This document shows positions 40,313 to 51,425 of a stretch of 64,000 bases of DNA, piece by piece (within the stretch, counting starts at the first letter, position 1; every line of letters starts with the position of its first letter). The notes beneath the pieces were generated by a model that saw only the letters and a program-made list of their open reading frames with translations, made no database searches and was not told the origin of the DNA. The position numbers and the translations under genes are program-made. This DNA is from a bacterium (GTDB lineage: Bacteria > UBA8248), in NCBI GenBank assembly GCA_965200245.1, contig CBDATS010000015.1, forward strand, positions 1 to 64,000. The letters run 5' to 3'.

Positions 40313-41779
40313 CTAAGCAGAAGAAAGAGCGAAGTGGTTCGTGAACGCATCAATCATTTCTCGGGCGTTTTGGGATATCTGCGCCTCTCCCCCTTCATAG
40401 ATGGATGAAACGCCCTCCAGCCTGCAGAAGGTTCCCCTCGGTTCCACTATGGTGCCTTTCGCCGGGGGAGAGCAAGTGACCAGAACCTCACCCTCGTCTT
40501 GTACGTCTCCCAGCCGGTAGCCCTGCCGGAGAAATTCGGACCTCCCGTTTTTGAGGGTGTAAATTCCGGGTGCCAGCGAATGACCGATTTTCACCCTGGC
40601 AGTGCTCGTGTTCCGAATCAATAGCTGAAAACCGGACAAGTCCGGCGCATCAAGCACGGTGAGCAAATTCCGATGTGCCTCGAGGGCGGCACCAGGCTTC
40701 AGAAACTCGGCCAGATGCCAGTAAGTGGTGGTGGGAGAGTCGCCGTATATTTCTTCAAGCTCGGTCATCAGTTGTGTGGTTCCCAGGATGCGCGGGTTGA
40801 GTTCGAGAGCATAGGGTTCGTTCTCATGAACGATGAAGTCGACGCCATATATTCCCCGGTAGCCTGCCTCGGCGATCCATTCTCCGATTTTCAGGGTGAA
40901 TTCCTTGATTTTGCGTCGACTTTCCCCCGAAACCAGCCGATACGCCGCATAGTCACTACCTGCGTAATCGAAGCGGTGCATGGAGCAGCCGGGAATTCCC
41001 GTGAACATCACAGATGGGTGTGACATCCAGGGCTCGCCTTCGTAAATCACTCCCGCAGCGCCGACAGCAGGACCGCTCAGAAAGGTGCTCACAATCACCT
41101 GTGCATTGGAACCCAGCTTCTGGAGGAGTTCTTTTCGCTTGTCGGCGAGTCCCTCGGCAGAATCGATGAGGTGCGTCTGGTTGCCCGAGGAACCAATGCG
41201 CTCTGAAACGATCATAATGGGGCCGAATTCTTCTAGGTGGCTGGGTCCGAGTTCGCACAGCGTCACGACATCGCCCGGAGGAACACCGAACCCCGCTTCG
41301 GACGCCCGGTGGCGGAACGCTACCTTGTCGTCGAATCTCGTCTTGATTTCCACCGGATTCGCCAGGATGTGGACCCTGCCCTCGGCTTGTTCTGCGAGTT
41401 TGCCCAGAAATTCCGTGGAACGGTAGGGGATGATGTAGCGGGGCGCATCCCCTGACGAGAGATATTCACGAATCTGCGCCCCCAGTGCTCCTTCGTACGC
41501 CTCCACGAGCGATGAATGCGTCCACACGATTCGTCTGCTTTGTCCGCGTTCCACGGAAAAATAGCGCAGGCGCCTGTCCCACTCGGGTCCGTCGAGTCCA
41601 TAGTCGCAGGCGATGAGGTAATCAAGGGGGACGATGTTCTCCATCGTAATCGAATCGACCGCGCGCAGTCCCTGGAAGCCGAATGTCGCTCCTTCGGGAA
41701 CGGCGGAAGTCAGTATGCCGTTGAAATCGTTTTTTTCTGGAGGGGGCAAGGGGAATGTTCCCTCATCTGGAATCATCAA
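40313..41779 (-). CDS. ATP-grasp peptide ligase, PGM1-like
   Basis: FDDKVAFR, GSSGNQT, YAGSDY, GYRGIYGVDFIV, ELNPR. Confidence 0.8.
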   Translation of the reverse strand: MMIPDEGTFPLPPPEKNDFNGILTSAVPEGATFGFQGLRAVDSITMENIVPLDYLIACDYGLDGPEWDRRLRYFSVERGQSRRIVWTHSSLVEAYEGALGAQIREYLSSGDAPRYIIPYRSTEFLGKLAEQAEGRVHILANPVEIKTRFDDKVAFRHRASEAGFGVPPGDVVTLCELGPSHLEEFGPIMIVSERIGSSGNQTHLIDSAEGLADKRKELLQKLGSNAQVIVSTFLSGPAVGAAGVIYEGEPWMSHPSVMFTGIPGCSMHRFDYAGSDYAAYRLVSGESRRKIKEFTLKIGEWIAEAGYRGIYGVDFIVHENEPYALELNPRILGTTQLMTELEEIYGDSPTTTYWHLAEFLKPGAALEAHRNLLTVLDAPDLSGFQLLIRNTSTARVKIGHSLAPGIYTLKNGRSEFLRQGYRLGDVQDEGEVLVTCSPPAKGTIVEPRGTFCRLEGVSSIYEGGEAQISQNAREMIDAFTNHFALSSA

Positions 41780-41947
41780 AAAATCCGTAGGCTGCGAAAT
41801 CGAAAACAGGCGATTCTAATTCGATAACCTCGTGGATATCAACACGAATCTTGTTTTGGAAGGCGACGATTTCCCTCTTGAAATTTCTGCAACGCCCCGC
41901 TTGCTATGGTAGGATATTGAGCGTTTCAACCAAAAATTACGCCATCC

Positions 41948-42898
41948 ATGCGTAAGAGTGAATGTATGCCCGAAGAGAGTAATATGCCCGATTCAGCTTC
42001 AGAAACTGATGAATACCCGGTGATGTCTGAATCGCAGCTTCGGTGGGAGAAATTCCGCCGCAGCTTGATGCGGGCCAAACCGGCGTTGCTGGGCGGCGTT
42101 TTTCTCATCCTCCTGACGTTTGTCTCTCTTTCTGCTCCTGTTATCGCGCCGCAAGATCCGAGTCGGGTTGACGTGAACCTGCGCCTGAAGCCTCCCGTCT
42201 GGGTGGAGGGCGGAAGCGTCAGCTATCCGCTGGGAACCGATGCGCTCGGCCGGGATATTCTGAGCAGGCTCATGTACGGGGGACGTGTCTCCATTCTGGT
42301 GGGCTTGAGTTCGGTGGTGATTTCAGGGGTGATCGGTATCGTTCTGGGACTTGTTTCAGGCTTTTTCGGTGGAAAGATTGACGACATCATCAGCGGATTT
42401 TCCGAAATCCAACTGGCGTTTCCCTTCATGCTCCTGGCCATTACGATCATGGCGGTCGTCGGACCGGGACTGCCCAACATCATCGTGGTGCTGGGCATCA
42501 GTCGCTGGGTGGCGTATGGCCGAGTGGTAAGGGGGCAGGTAATCTCGATAAGGGAGCGTGAATTCGTGGAAGCCACCCGCGCTCTGGGCTATCCCTTGTA
42601 TCGCATATTGTTCATGCAGATTTTGCCCAATACCCTCTCGCCGCTCATCGTCATCGCCACCTTCGCCGTGGCGGGGAACATCATTTCCGAATCCTCGCTG
42701 AGCTTTCTGGGGCTCGGCGTTCCGCCCTCGGTCGTCACTTGGGGAGGGATGTTGTCCGAAGGACGCGAGTATCTGCGCGGTGCCTGGTGGATGGCGACTT
42801 TCCCCGGTCTCGCAATCATGGCGACTGTTTTGAGCATCAACCTCATTGGCGACTGGCTACGGGACTACATGGATCCCCGCCTCGGCGATGACATGTAG
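41948..42898 (+). CDS. dppC: Peptide/nickel ABC transporter permease (DppC-like)
   Basis: LGTDALGRDILSRL, EREFVEA (EAA loop), ESSLSFLGLG, WGGMLSEG; exact start uncertain. Confidence 0.93.
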   Translation: MRKSECMPEESNMPDSASETDEYPVMSESQLRWEKFRRSLMRAKPALLGGVFLILLTFVSLSAPVIAPQDPSRVDVNLRLKPPVWVEGGSVSYPLGTDALGRDILSRLMYGGRVSILVGLSSVVISGVIGIVLGLVSGFFGGKIDDIISGFSEIQLAFPFMLLAITIMAVVGPGLPNIIVVLGISRWVAYGRVVRGQVISIREREFVEATRALGYPLYRILFMQILPNTLSPLIVIATFAVAGNIISESSLSFLGLGVPPSVVTWGGMLSEGREYLRGAWWMATFPGLAIMATVLSINLIGDWLRDYMDPRLGDDM

Positions 42899-42922
42899 AT
42901 GCCTGGTTTTTGGGGGATATAC

Positions 42923-44470
42923 ATGAAAAGGATTCTGTTATGCGGGTTTTGCCTGCTGCTCGTGGCGCTCGCCGCCTGCGGACGCGAAACGAGAAAGGGG
43001 CCCTTCACGATTCTGCTCTCGGTGGAGGCCAATACGCTTGATCCCCAGTTCGCGACTTCCACCATCGAGTGGAGCATATTGATGAACGTGTACGACCCGC
43101 TTATTGAACGACGCGCGGATATGACGCCGGGACCTGCCCTGGCCGAGCGATGGGAGGTGGACAAGACGAAAAAGATATGGACGTTTCATCTGCGCAAGGG
43201 GGTGAAGTTTCATAACGGGGAGCCGTTCGACTCGGAATCCGTGCGCTACACCTTCGAGCGGATGCGTGACGAGAAACTGAAGTCCCGTATTACGGTGCAT
43301 CGCAGGATTCACTTGGACAAGATAGAAATAGTGGGTTCCCACACCGTGAAGATTCATACGAAGCGCCCGGTCTCCATCCTGCCGGTCTGGATGGTGAATG
43401 CGTTCATGTTGCCGCCTAGGTACTATTCTTCCACCCCTCCCAAGGAACTTTTGAAGAAACCCGTGGGCACGGGGCCCTACAAGCTGGTGCAGTGGATCAA
43501 GGACGATCGCATCGAGATGGAGGCCAACGAGGATTGGTGGCGAGGCAAACCCGCCATTGAAAAGGTTGTATGGCGGCCGGTAGCCGAGGCTTCGGCCCGC
43601 ATTGCGGAACTTGAAACGGGCGGAGCCGACGTCATTATGAACATTTCGCCCGATCAGTCGAAAGCGATAATCGAGAGCGAAGAAGGCCTTCAGTTCAAGG
43701 GGGCACGGGGAGGGCGCAGGATTTACCTGGGGGTTCGTACAGATCACGGAGTGCTCTCCGACGCTCGCGTCCGCCGGGCACTGAACCATGCGATAGATTT
43801 CGAGGCCATCGCAAAGAACGTATTTCTTGGCCACGGTTCGCGAATGAGGAGCATCGTAAACCCACCGAACGCCGACCCTGCAATCAAGGCGTACGCCTAC
43901 GACCCCGCAAAGGCAAAGGCGCTTTTTGCCGAGGCGGGGCTGAGAGATACGAATGGAGACGGTGTCCTGGATGTGAACGGAAAGACATTTGAACTGAAAC
44001 TCGATGTTCCATCATCCAGGTATCTGAAAGGAAAGGAATTAGCAGAATTTATTTCGGCATATTATCGCGCTGTCGGCGTCCATGTAGAAGTAATTCCCCT
44101 GGAGTGGTCCGTATTTCTCGCCAGAAGAAGAAAGAAGACGCTGGCACCCCTGTATTTTCACGGGTTCAGTTCTGCTTTCAACGAAGAACTCGACCTTGGC
44201 GTGTTGCGCCCCAATCTTTTTGCGAACCTCACCGGATGGAAGAACCGGGATTTTATCCGAAAATACAGAAAACTGGGGCAGACGTTCGACCCCGTGGAAC
44301 GCAGGCGGATCAGCTACCGGATGCAGCGCATCGTTCATGAGGAAAGCCCATGGGTATTTCTTTGGAACCAGTACGATTTTTTTGGCTTGAGCGCGAGAAC
44401 GCAGTGGACTCCCAGATCGGATGAGAGAATCTACCTGCCCGCGATTCGCCTGAAAGATGTGAAAGAATAA
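42923..44470 (+). CDS. dppA: Peptide/nickel ABC substrate-binding lipoprotein (SBP family 5)
   Basis: Lipobox LAAC, TLDP, LRKGVKFHNG, PVGTGPY, VRRALNHAID. Confidence 0.92.
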   Translation: MKRILLCGFCLLLVALAACGRETRKGPFTILLSVEANTLDPQFATSTIEWSILMNVYDPLIERRADMTPGPALAERWEVDKTKKIWTFHLRKGVKFHNGEPFDSESVRYTFERMRDEKLKSRITVHRRIHLDKIEIVGSHTVKIHTKRPVSILPVWMVNAFMLPPRYYSSTPPKELLKKPVGTGPYKLVQWIKDDRIEMEANEDWWRGKPAIEKVVWRPVAEASARIAELETGGADVIMNISPDQSKAIIESEEGLQFKGARGGRRIYLGVRTDHGVLSDARVRRALNHAIDFEAIAKNVFLGHGSRMRSIVNPPNADPAIKAYAYDPAKAKALFAEAGLRDTNGDGVLDVNGKTFELKLDVPSSRYLKGKELAEFISAYYRAVGVHVEVIPLEWSVFLARRRKKTLAPLYFHGFSSAFNEELDLGVLRPNLFANLTGWKNRDFIRKYRKLGQTFDPVERRRISYRMQRIVHEESPWVFLWNQYDFFGLSARTQWTPRSDERIYLPAIRLKDVKE

Positions 44471-44471
44471 A

Positions 44472-45389
44472 ATGGGCGCCTATCTTTTCAGACGATTTCT
44501 CAGGGCCGTCGTGGTCGTGATCGGTGTGAGCTTCATTTCTTTTGCCGTTCTCTTCTTGTCAGGCGATCCGACCGATACCATGGTGGGTGAGGACTGGACG
44601 GTGGAAGAAGTCCAGAAACTCCGCCAGGACCTGGGCCTCGACAAGCCATGGTTTGTTCAATACGCACTTTACGTGAGCCGGGCCGTACAGGGAGATTTCG
44701 GCGAAAGCCTGCGCTACCACCAGCCCGCGTTTGAACTCATCATGGAGCGATTGCCCGCGACGCTGGAACTTGCCCTCGTGGCGCTGGTTCTTTCGATTAT
44801 CCTGGCGTTTCCGTTAGGTATCATCAGCGCGACGCAGCGTGGTTCTCCCTATGATCACGGGGGAATGCTTTTCGCGCTCCTGGGTCAGTCGGTCCCCGTG
44901 TTCTGGCTCGGTCTGATGCTCATCCTTGTTTTCGGTGTGACGCTGAGGATGCTGCCCGTCAGTGGCAGAAGCGGCTGGGAACATCTCATTCTACCCGCCA
45001 TTGCGTTGTCTACCTATTCGATTGCCAGAAATACACGGGTGGTGCGAAGTTCCATGCTGGAGGTTCTGCGACATGAATATGTGAAAACCGCCCGCGCGAA
45101 GGGTCTCTCGGAGTGGTGCGTCATCAACATGCATGTGCTCAGAAACTCCATGATTCCGGTGATCACCATTATCGGCCTCGAATTCGGTCATCTGCTTGGA
45201 GGAGCAGTGATCGTCGAGACGATTTTCGCATGGCCGGGAGTGGGGAGATTGTTGATTCAGGCCGTCTATGCCAAGGATTTTCCCCTCGTACAGGCTTCTG
45301 TGACTATCACCGCCCTGATATTCGTGTCTTTGAACCTGATTGTTGATTTGATGTATTCCGTCCTCGATCCAAGGGTGAGACTCCATTGA
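44472..45389 (+). CDS. dppB: Peptide/nickel ABC transporter permease (DppB-like)
   Basis: GDFGES, RLPATLEL, YVKTARAKGL, ETIFAWPGVG, DPRVR. Confidence 0.94.
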   Translation: MGAYLFRRFLRAVVVVIGVSFISFAVLFLSGDPTDTMVGEDWTVEEVQKLRQDLGLDKPWFVQYALYVSRAVQGDFGESLRYHQPAFELIMERLPATLELALVALVLSIILAFPLGIISATQRGSPYDHGGMLFALLGQSVPVFWLGLMLILVFGVTLRMLPVSGRSGWEHLILPAIALSTYSIARNTRVVRSSMLEVLRHEYVKTARAKGLSEWCVINMHVLRNSMIPVITIIGLEFGHLLGGAVIVETIFAWPGVGRLLIQAVYAKDFPLVQASVTITALIFVSLNLIVDLMYSVLDPRVRLH

Positions 45390-46324
45390 GCAGAACCGCC
45401 TATTTCTGGACGCCGGAATCTCTCCGGCACGACAACATGGGGCACGTGGAAAACGTAGAGCGCGCCAGACGCCTCGCGCCCGAGAGAATTCTCCCGCAGG
45501 TTCCCTCCCTCAGACACATGGAAATCGCGCCCCACGACGCCGGGAAGTGGGTTTTGCGGGTACATGAGGAAACGCACCACCGCTTCGTGCGCGAAACGTG
45601 CGAGAGTGGCAGGTGCGTTCTGGATGCCGGAGACACGCCAGCTGGCCCCGGGAGCTATGAAGCTGCTCTCGCCGCTGTGGATGCAGCCCTGAGTGCTGCG
45701 GATGCCGTCGTGGGTGGTGTGGTCGATAACGCATTTTGCGCGATGAGACCGCCGGGCCACCACGCCTTGCCATTTCAGTCAATGGGTTTTTGCCTGTTCG
45801 CAACTGCGTCCATCCTTGTCCGGTATCTTCAGGAACAACATGGTCTTCATAGAATCGCCGTGGTGGATTGGGACGTCCACCACGGAAACGGAACGCAGCA
45901 TATCTTCTGGCGCGATCAGGAAGTGCTTTTTGTCTCGATGCATCAACACCCCCACTACCCAGGCACGGGCCTTGCCATTGAAATCGGGGAAGGGGCAGGT
46001 GCGGGCAAGACGCTCAACATTCCCGTCGCTGCGGGAACATCCGAAGAAGAATATCTCAAAAAATTCCAGGAGAATGTCATTCCGGCCATTGAGGCGCACG
46101 ATCCCGAAGCTATCGTCGTATCGGCGGGTTTTGACGCGCATCGTGATGATCCGCTTGGTGGGTTGTTGCTCACCGAAGCCGGTTTCTCCCGCCTGACCGA
46201 ATGGGTGAAGTCGGTTGCCGCAAGCTTTTGCGGTGGGTGCCTTATCTGCCTGCTCGAGGGTGGATACAATCTTGAGGCTCTCGAGCGTTCCGTCCTTGCG
46301 CATGTACGAGAGCTTTCTGCGTAG
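45386..46324 (+). CDS. Histone deacetylase-family Zn amidohydrolase
   Basis: RPPGHHA, MGFC, DWDVHHGNGTQ, SAGFDAHRDDPL, LEGGY; TTG start overlaps the dppB stop. Confidence 0.94.
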   Translation: MSRTAYFWTPESLRHDNMGHVENVERARRLAPERILPQVPSLRHMEIAPHDAGKWVLRVHEETHHRFVRETCESGRCVLDAGDTPAGPGSYEAALAAVDAALSAADAVVGGVVDNAFCAMRPPGHHALPFQSMGFCLFATASILVRYLQEQHGLHRIAVVDWDVHHGNGTQHIFWRDQEVLFVSMHQHPHYPGTGLAIEIGEGAGAGKTLNIPVAAGTSEEEYLKKFQENVIPAIEAHDPEAIVVSAGFDAHRDDPLGGLLLTEAGFSRLTEWVKSVAASFCGGCLICLLEGGYNLEALERSVLAHVRELSA

Positions 46325-46469
46325 CTGACTTCTCCCTGGATTCCCAATCAGGCCAAAACCCGGTTTGTTGACGAACTGGAACAACAGAGCCCTTTGCACC
46401 AGGATTGTGAGCGTGGTTTCATGTATCTGTCTTGGACGCGGGAAGAAAGTTGAATGATAGGGGTTTGAA

Positions 46470-47618
46470 ATGAACGGGGAAGGTCGGGAATTCAGGCGCA
46501 GGGGGACTGTGTATTCCAGCGGGTGGGGGTGGATCGGCTGGTGCGTTTTTTTGTTGGGTGTCTCCCTCGCGTGGCTGTTCGCAAAGGGCTATTTCGATAA
46601 TCTTCACGATCCTGATGCCGTGCCCCGCGTCGTCACCCCACGGGGGGATCTCGCCGCCGAGGAAAAATCCAATATAGAGCTCTTTCGTCTCTCCTCGCCT
46701 TCGGTTGTCTACATCACGAGATTGGCGATGCGGCGCGACAGGTTCAGTCTCAATTTGTTCGAAATCCCGCAAGGCACAGGCTCGGGCTTCGTTTGGAATG
46801 ATCAGGGCCACGTCATAACGAACTTTCACGTCATCCAGGGGGCGAGTGCCCTGCGTATCACCCTAGCGGATCATTCCGAGTGGGATGCCCGTGTGGTGGG
46901 CATAGCGCCGGATCAGGATTTGGCGGTTCTCTTTATCAACGCACCGAAAAACCGCCTGAAACCCATTGCCATCGGGCAGTCCTCCAACCTGCAGGTGGGC
47001 CAGAAGGTATTTGCTATCGGCAATCCTTTCGGACTGGACCAAACGCTCACGACAGGAATCATCAGCGCCTTGGGTCGTGAGATAGATGGCGTGTCGGGTC
47101 GCAAAATCAGCGGCGTTATCCAGACCGACGCCGCGATCAATCCCGGCAATTCCGGAGGACCGCTTCTGGACAGCGCTGGTCGGCTGGTAGGCGTGAACAC
47201 CGCCATTTTCAGTCCCTCAGGCTCCAGCGCAGGGATAGGGTTTGCGGTTCCCGTGGATACGGTGAACAGGGTCATCCCCCAGTTGATTCGCCATGGCCGC
47301 GTCATCAGACCGGGGCTCGGCATCCACGTGGCCGACAGGGGAACGGCAGAGCGCTTTGGCATACGGGGCGTGCTGATCATCCGCGTACAGAAAGGCAGCT
47401 CGGCCGAAGGCGCAGGGCTGCGTGGTACCGGTAGAAATCGGGCAGGGAGCCTCGTGCTCGGCGACGCGATTGTGGGCGTGGAGGAGCGTTCGGTCACATC
47501 GCTCAATGATTTGCTGGACGCTCTTGATGAACATAAGGTGGGCGACGTCGTGGAACTCCACCTTCTACGCGACGGAAACCGGATGAGCGTGAACATAAAA
47601 CTGCAGGCACTGGGTTAG
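46470..47618 (+). CDS. HtrA/DegP-like serine protease with one PDZ domain
   Basis: GTGSGF, TNFHV, DLAVL, DAAINPGNSGGPL, C-terminal PDZ. Confidence 0.95.
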   Translation: MNGEGREFRRRGTVYSSGWGWIGWCVFLLGVSLAWLFAKGYFDNLHDPDAVPRVVTPRGDLAAEEKSNIELFRLSSPSVVYITRLAMRRDRFSLNLFEIPQGTGSGFVWNDQGHVITNFHVIQGASALRITLADHSEWDARVVGIAPDQDLAVLFINAPKNRLKPIAIGQSSNLQVGQKVFAIGNPFGLDQTLTTGIISALGREIDGVSGRKISGVIQTDAAINPGNSGGPLLDSAGRLVGVNTAIFSPSGSSAGIGFAVPVDTVNRVIPQLIRHGRVIRPGLGIHVADRGTAERFGIRGVLIIRVQKGSSAEGAGLRGTGRNRAGSLVLGDAIVGVEERSVTSLNDLLDALDEHKVGDVVELHLLRDGNRMSVNIKLQALG

Positions 47619-47627
47619 GAGCGTGGC

Positions 47628-50042
47628 ATGGCGGTGAATTCGATACCAGAGACGCTGGATATTCCGGTCGAGGGCATGTCGTGCACGGCGTGTTCCGCAA
47701 GACTGGAAAAACGACTCGGCTCACTTGATGGCGTGCTGCGTGTGAACGTGAATCTGACCCTTGCGAACGCGCATATCGAGTTCGTAGCAACCCAGGTCAC
47801 GCCAGCGGACATCGCAAAAAGAGTGGAAAAAACGGGGTTTCGCGTTCCGCATACTCACATATACTTCACGATAGAAGGGATGGCAGACGCGGCTGACGCC
47901 GCAGGTCTGGAGGAGCAGTTAAGCGGGCTGGAAGGTGTCGTATCTGCCAGCGTCGATCTGTCGACGGGCCTCGCCCATGTGGAAATCCAGCCGGCTCTCA
48001 CTCGGGCCGATGAAATTGTCGAGCATGTCGCCAAGACGGGCTATTCGGCCCGGCCCGTACAGGATGAGGAACAGGACACGGAAAAAATCAAGCGAGAGCG
48101 AGAGTTCAGAAAAAGCCTGCGCCTGCTCGTGTTTTCCGCGGTTTTGTCCGCACCACTCCTTATTCAAATGGCCGGGATGATTCCGGGCGCAGGGGGCTGG
48201 GAGTTGCCCAGATGGTGGCAGTTCGCACTCGCTACTCCAGTGCAGTTCGTCGTGGGCTGGCGGTTTTATCGGGGGGCGTATCATTCGCTCTCGGGCGGTG
48301 GCGCGAACATGGATGTTCTCGTCACACTCGGCACGAGCGCGGCGTGGCTGCACAGCAGCGCGGTGACCCTATGGGGCTTGAGTGGACATCACGTGTATTT
48401 CGAGGCGTCTGCGGTACTGCTCACGCTCATTGTGCTCGGGAAAGTGCTTGAGGAACGGGCCATGGGTCGAACTTCCGAAGCCATCAAGAAACTTGTGGGT
48501 CTCCAGGTGAAGACGGCGCAGGTACTGCGTGACGGGCAAGAACGCGAGATTCCCGTGGATGAGGTCTGCGTGGGCGACATCATAATGGTGCGGCCCGGCG
48601 AGAAATACCCTGTGGACGGGATTATCCTCGAAGGGTCGACTTCCGTAGATGAATCCATGCTCACAGGTGAGAGCGTTCCCGTGGCGAAAAGCGTGGCCGA
48701 CGCCGTCACCGGCGCCACGCTCAACATTGATGGGGCAGTGAAGTTCCGGGCCATGAAGGTGGGAAAAGAGACGGTTCTGGCCCAGATAGTCCGGATGATG
48801 GAACAGGTGCAGCACTCCAAGGCGCCTATCCAGCGCACAGCGGACAAGGTTTCGGGCATTTTTGTGCCCATCGTGTTGGGAATCGCAGCTATTACATACG
48901 TTCTGTGGGACGTCACAGGGCCGTTTGCGCCTGCTTTGATAAACGCTGTCGCCGTTTTGGTCATTGCATGTCCGTGCGCCCTGGGCCTCGCGACACCTAC
49001 GGCCATTATGGTGGGGGCGGGAAAAGGAGCCGAAGCGGGGGTCCTCATCAAAGGCGGCGAATCCCTGGAGACGGCGCACAGGCTCGACGCCGTCATACTC
49101 GACAAGACCGGCACACTGACTAGGGGAACACCAGTGGTGACGGACGTTTTGCCGCTGGACGGAATAGAAGAAGGGGAGTTGCTCCGGCTCGCGGCAAGTG
49201 CAGAGCGCGGTTCGGAACATCCCCTGGGTAAGTCGATAATCGATGAAGCTGAAGCGCGCGGCACGGAATTGCTCGAATTGCGCGATTTCCGAGCCTTCCC
49301 GGGTTATGGTCTGGAAGCGAAAATAGAGAGCCGGAAGATATATCTGGGTAACGAGAGATTCATTGTAAAGCGTGGCTTGAAAATGTCCGGATTCGCCGAC
49401 GAGATTTTGTGTCGACTCGAATCCCAGGGGAAGACCGTCGTGTTCCTTGCAGATGAGGATGGAGTGTTGGGTGCCATTGGTGTGGCCGATACACTGAGAG
49501 AGAACTCCGCCGAAGCCGTCGAGTCGCTCAGAAGCATGGGAATCGAGGTCTATATGATGACGGGCGACAACGAGCGGGCGGCCCGGGCCACGGCAGTGCA
49601 GGCGGGCATTTCTCACGTAATGGCGGACGTGATGCCGGATGACAAGGCGGCTATGGTGCAGCGGCTCAGAAAAGAGGGTAAGCGGGTCGGCATGGTGGGC
49701 GACGGCATCAACGACGCTCCGGCCCTGGCCGCGGCGGACGTAGGATTCGCCATCGGCACGGGTACGGACATTGCCATGGAAGCGTCGGACATCACGTTGA
49801 TGCGGAGCGATCTGATGGGCGTCGTGGCGGGGGTACATCTCTCGAAAACCGTGATGCGGAAAATTCGTCAGAACCTGTTCTGGGCTTTCTTCTACAACGT
49901 ACTCGGAATCCCACTGGCGGCATTCGGTTTCTTGAGCCCTGTCGTCGCCGGTGCGGCCATGGCGTTCAGTTCCGTATCCGTCGTCTCGAACACCTTGCTG
50001 CTCAAAAACTGGAAGTTCCCTCGTTCGAGGAATGTGGCCTAG
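47628..50042 (+). CDS. copA: Copper-translocating P1B-type ATPase
   Basis: [36 protein letters not shown] and MAFSS Cu(I) ligands. Confidence 0.96.
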   Translation: MAVNSIPETLDIPVEGMSCTACSARLEKRLGSLDGVLRVNVNLTLANAHIEFVATQVTPADIAKRVEKTGFRVPHTHIYFTIEGMADAADAAGLEEQLSGLEGVVSASVDLSTGLAHVEIQPALTRADEIVEHVAKTGYSARPVQDEEQDTEKIKREREFRKSLRLLVFSAVLSAPLLIQMAGMIPGAGGWELPRWWQFALATPVQFVVGWRFYRGAYHSLSGGGANMDVLVTLGTSAAWLHSSAVTLWGLSGHHVYFEASAVLLTLIVLGKVLEERAMGRTSEAIKKLVGLQVKTAQVLRDGQEREIPVDEVCVGDIIMVRPGEKYPVDGIILEGSTSVDESMLTGESVPVAKSVADAVTGATLNIDGAVKFRAMKVGKETVLAQIVRMMEQVQHSKAPIQRTADKVSGIFVPIVLGIAAITYVLWDVTGPFAPALINAVAVLVIACPCALGLATPTAIMVGAGKGAEAGVLIKGGESLETAHRLDAVILDKTGTLTRGTPVVTDVLPLDGIEEGELLRLAASAERGSEHPLGKSIIDEAEARGTELLELRDFRAFPGYGLEAKIESRKIYLGNERFIVKRGLKMSGFADEILCRLESQGKTVVFLADEDGVLGAIGVADTLRENSAEAVESLRSMGIEVYMMTGDNERAARATAVQAGISHVMADVMPDDKAAMVQRLRKEGKRVGMVGDGINDAPALAAADVGFAIGTGTDIAMEASDITLMRSDLMGVVAGVHLSKTVMRKIRQNLFWAFFYNVLGIPLAAFGFLSPVVAGAAMAFSSVSVVSNTLLLKNWKFPRSRNVA

Positions 50043-50098
50043 ATTCCAAATGCAGTAATGTGCTCATGGCGTCACGAGATTTTTGGGGGAGATTATAG

Positions 50099-50299
50099 AT
50101 GGAAAGAGTGGAATTGATCGTAAGTGGAATGAGTTGTGAGATGTGCCAATCCGCTGTTCAGGAGGCACTGGGCGGCGTGGAAGGCGTGGCCGAGGTCGAT
50201 CTGGAAAGCGGCAAGGCGACGGTTGTATTCGATGATGGAGAGGCGAACCTGGACGCCTTACGCTCCGCTGTTCTGGAATCCGGGTTTGATGTAGAGTAA
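50099..50299 (+). CDS. copZ: Copper chaperone (HMA domain)
   Basis: GMSCEMC, 66 aa, follows copA. Confidence 0.92.
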   Translation: MERVELIVSGMSCEMCQSAVQEALGGVEGVAEVDLESGKATVVFDDGEANLDALRSAVLESGFDVE

Positions 50300-50593
50300 A
50301 GGTTGACGATTGAGGCAAAACCACAATACTTTGATTTTCTATTCAAATAAACACAATATATTGACAAAAAACTTGCAGGGTAATAACATTACCCCTTAAA
50401 TTTCTCTCTGAAATACCCCATATTCGTTTGCAGGGACGGCCGCGAATATGGGTGTAAAGGGCAAGGCGACGGATACAGTGAATGCTCAGGCAGTCGAGGA
50501 CACGAAGGCTCGCACGATACATGGTTTCAGAGGGAATTGTGCCAATCAAGAGGTCATGATTTATACCGATTAACATTATGAGGATTTGGTGGC

Positions 50594-51425
50594 GTGAATC
50601 ATGCGATTCTTTCCTGCGAGGACAATATTCCGTTCATGGAACGATTGCCTGATGCAGCATTCAAGTTAATCGTTACTTTGCCCCCCGTACAATCTTGGAA
50701 AATCGTATGAACGCAAATCTGCACTTGATGTTTATCTCGCAACACAGGAGCGGGTCGTTAATGAATGTGTTCGCCTTTTAGACGATAAAGGCTCAATTTG
50801 CTGGCAAGTTGGCAACTACGTCGAGAATGGAGAGATTATACCTCTTGACACCCTGCTCTATCCGATTTTTCAGACAAAAGGGCTGAAACTCCGCAATCGG
50901 ATAATCTGGCATTTTGGCCACGGCTTGCATTGCACGAATCGCCTTTCCGGTCGATACGGGACGATCAACTGGTGGACGAAGGGCGATGATTACACATGGA
51001 ATCTTAATCCGATTCGCGTTCCTTCCAAATATCCTGGCAAGAAGCATTTCAAGGGACCGAACGCCGGAAAACTGTCGGGAAATCCCAAGGGAAAGAATCC
51101 AAGCGACGTTTGGGAATTTCCAAATGTCAAAAACAACCACCCGGAAAAGACAATCCATCCATGTCAATTTCCGGTAGAGTTGGTGGAGAGACTGGTTCTT
51201 TCAATGACGGACGAAGGCGATTCCGTATTCGATCCATATATGGGGGTTGGATCATCGGTTATCGCGGCTCTCAAGCATGGTCGTATCGGCTACGGCTGGG
51301 ATATCGTTGAGGATTACGTTCAAATCACGCAGGAACGGATCAAATTGCTTGAAACAGGCAATCTCCGCACACGGCCTATGGGAAAGCCGATTTACGATCC
51401 TGCTTTACCTAATGGCGGCCACTGA
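50594..51425 (+). pseudogene. Beta-class N4/N6 DNA methyltransferase (M.BglII-like), frameshifted
   Basis: GTG 50594 gives ...KLIVT, a +1 shift in the C6 run at 50681-50686 hits the (S)PPY motif, then NLGKSYE, IIWHFGHGLH, HPCQFP, DPYMGVGS. Confidence 0.88.

Noticed and set aside
3723-49838. Long antisense ORFs (e.g. 3723..4781, 9304..10575, 26170..27513, 37739..39013, 48369..49838)
   Set aside because: Shadow frames of well-supported genes on the opposite strand, expected from GC-rich codon usage.
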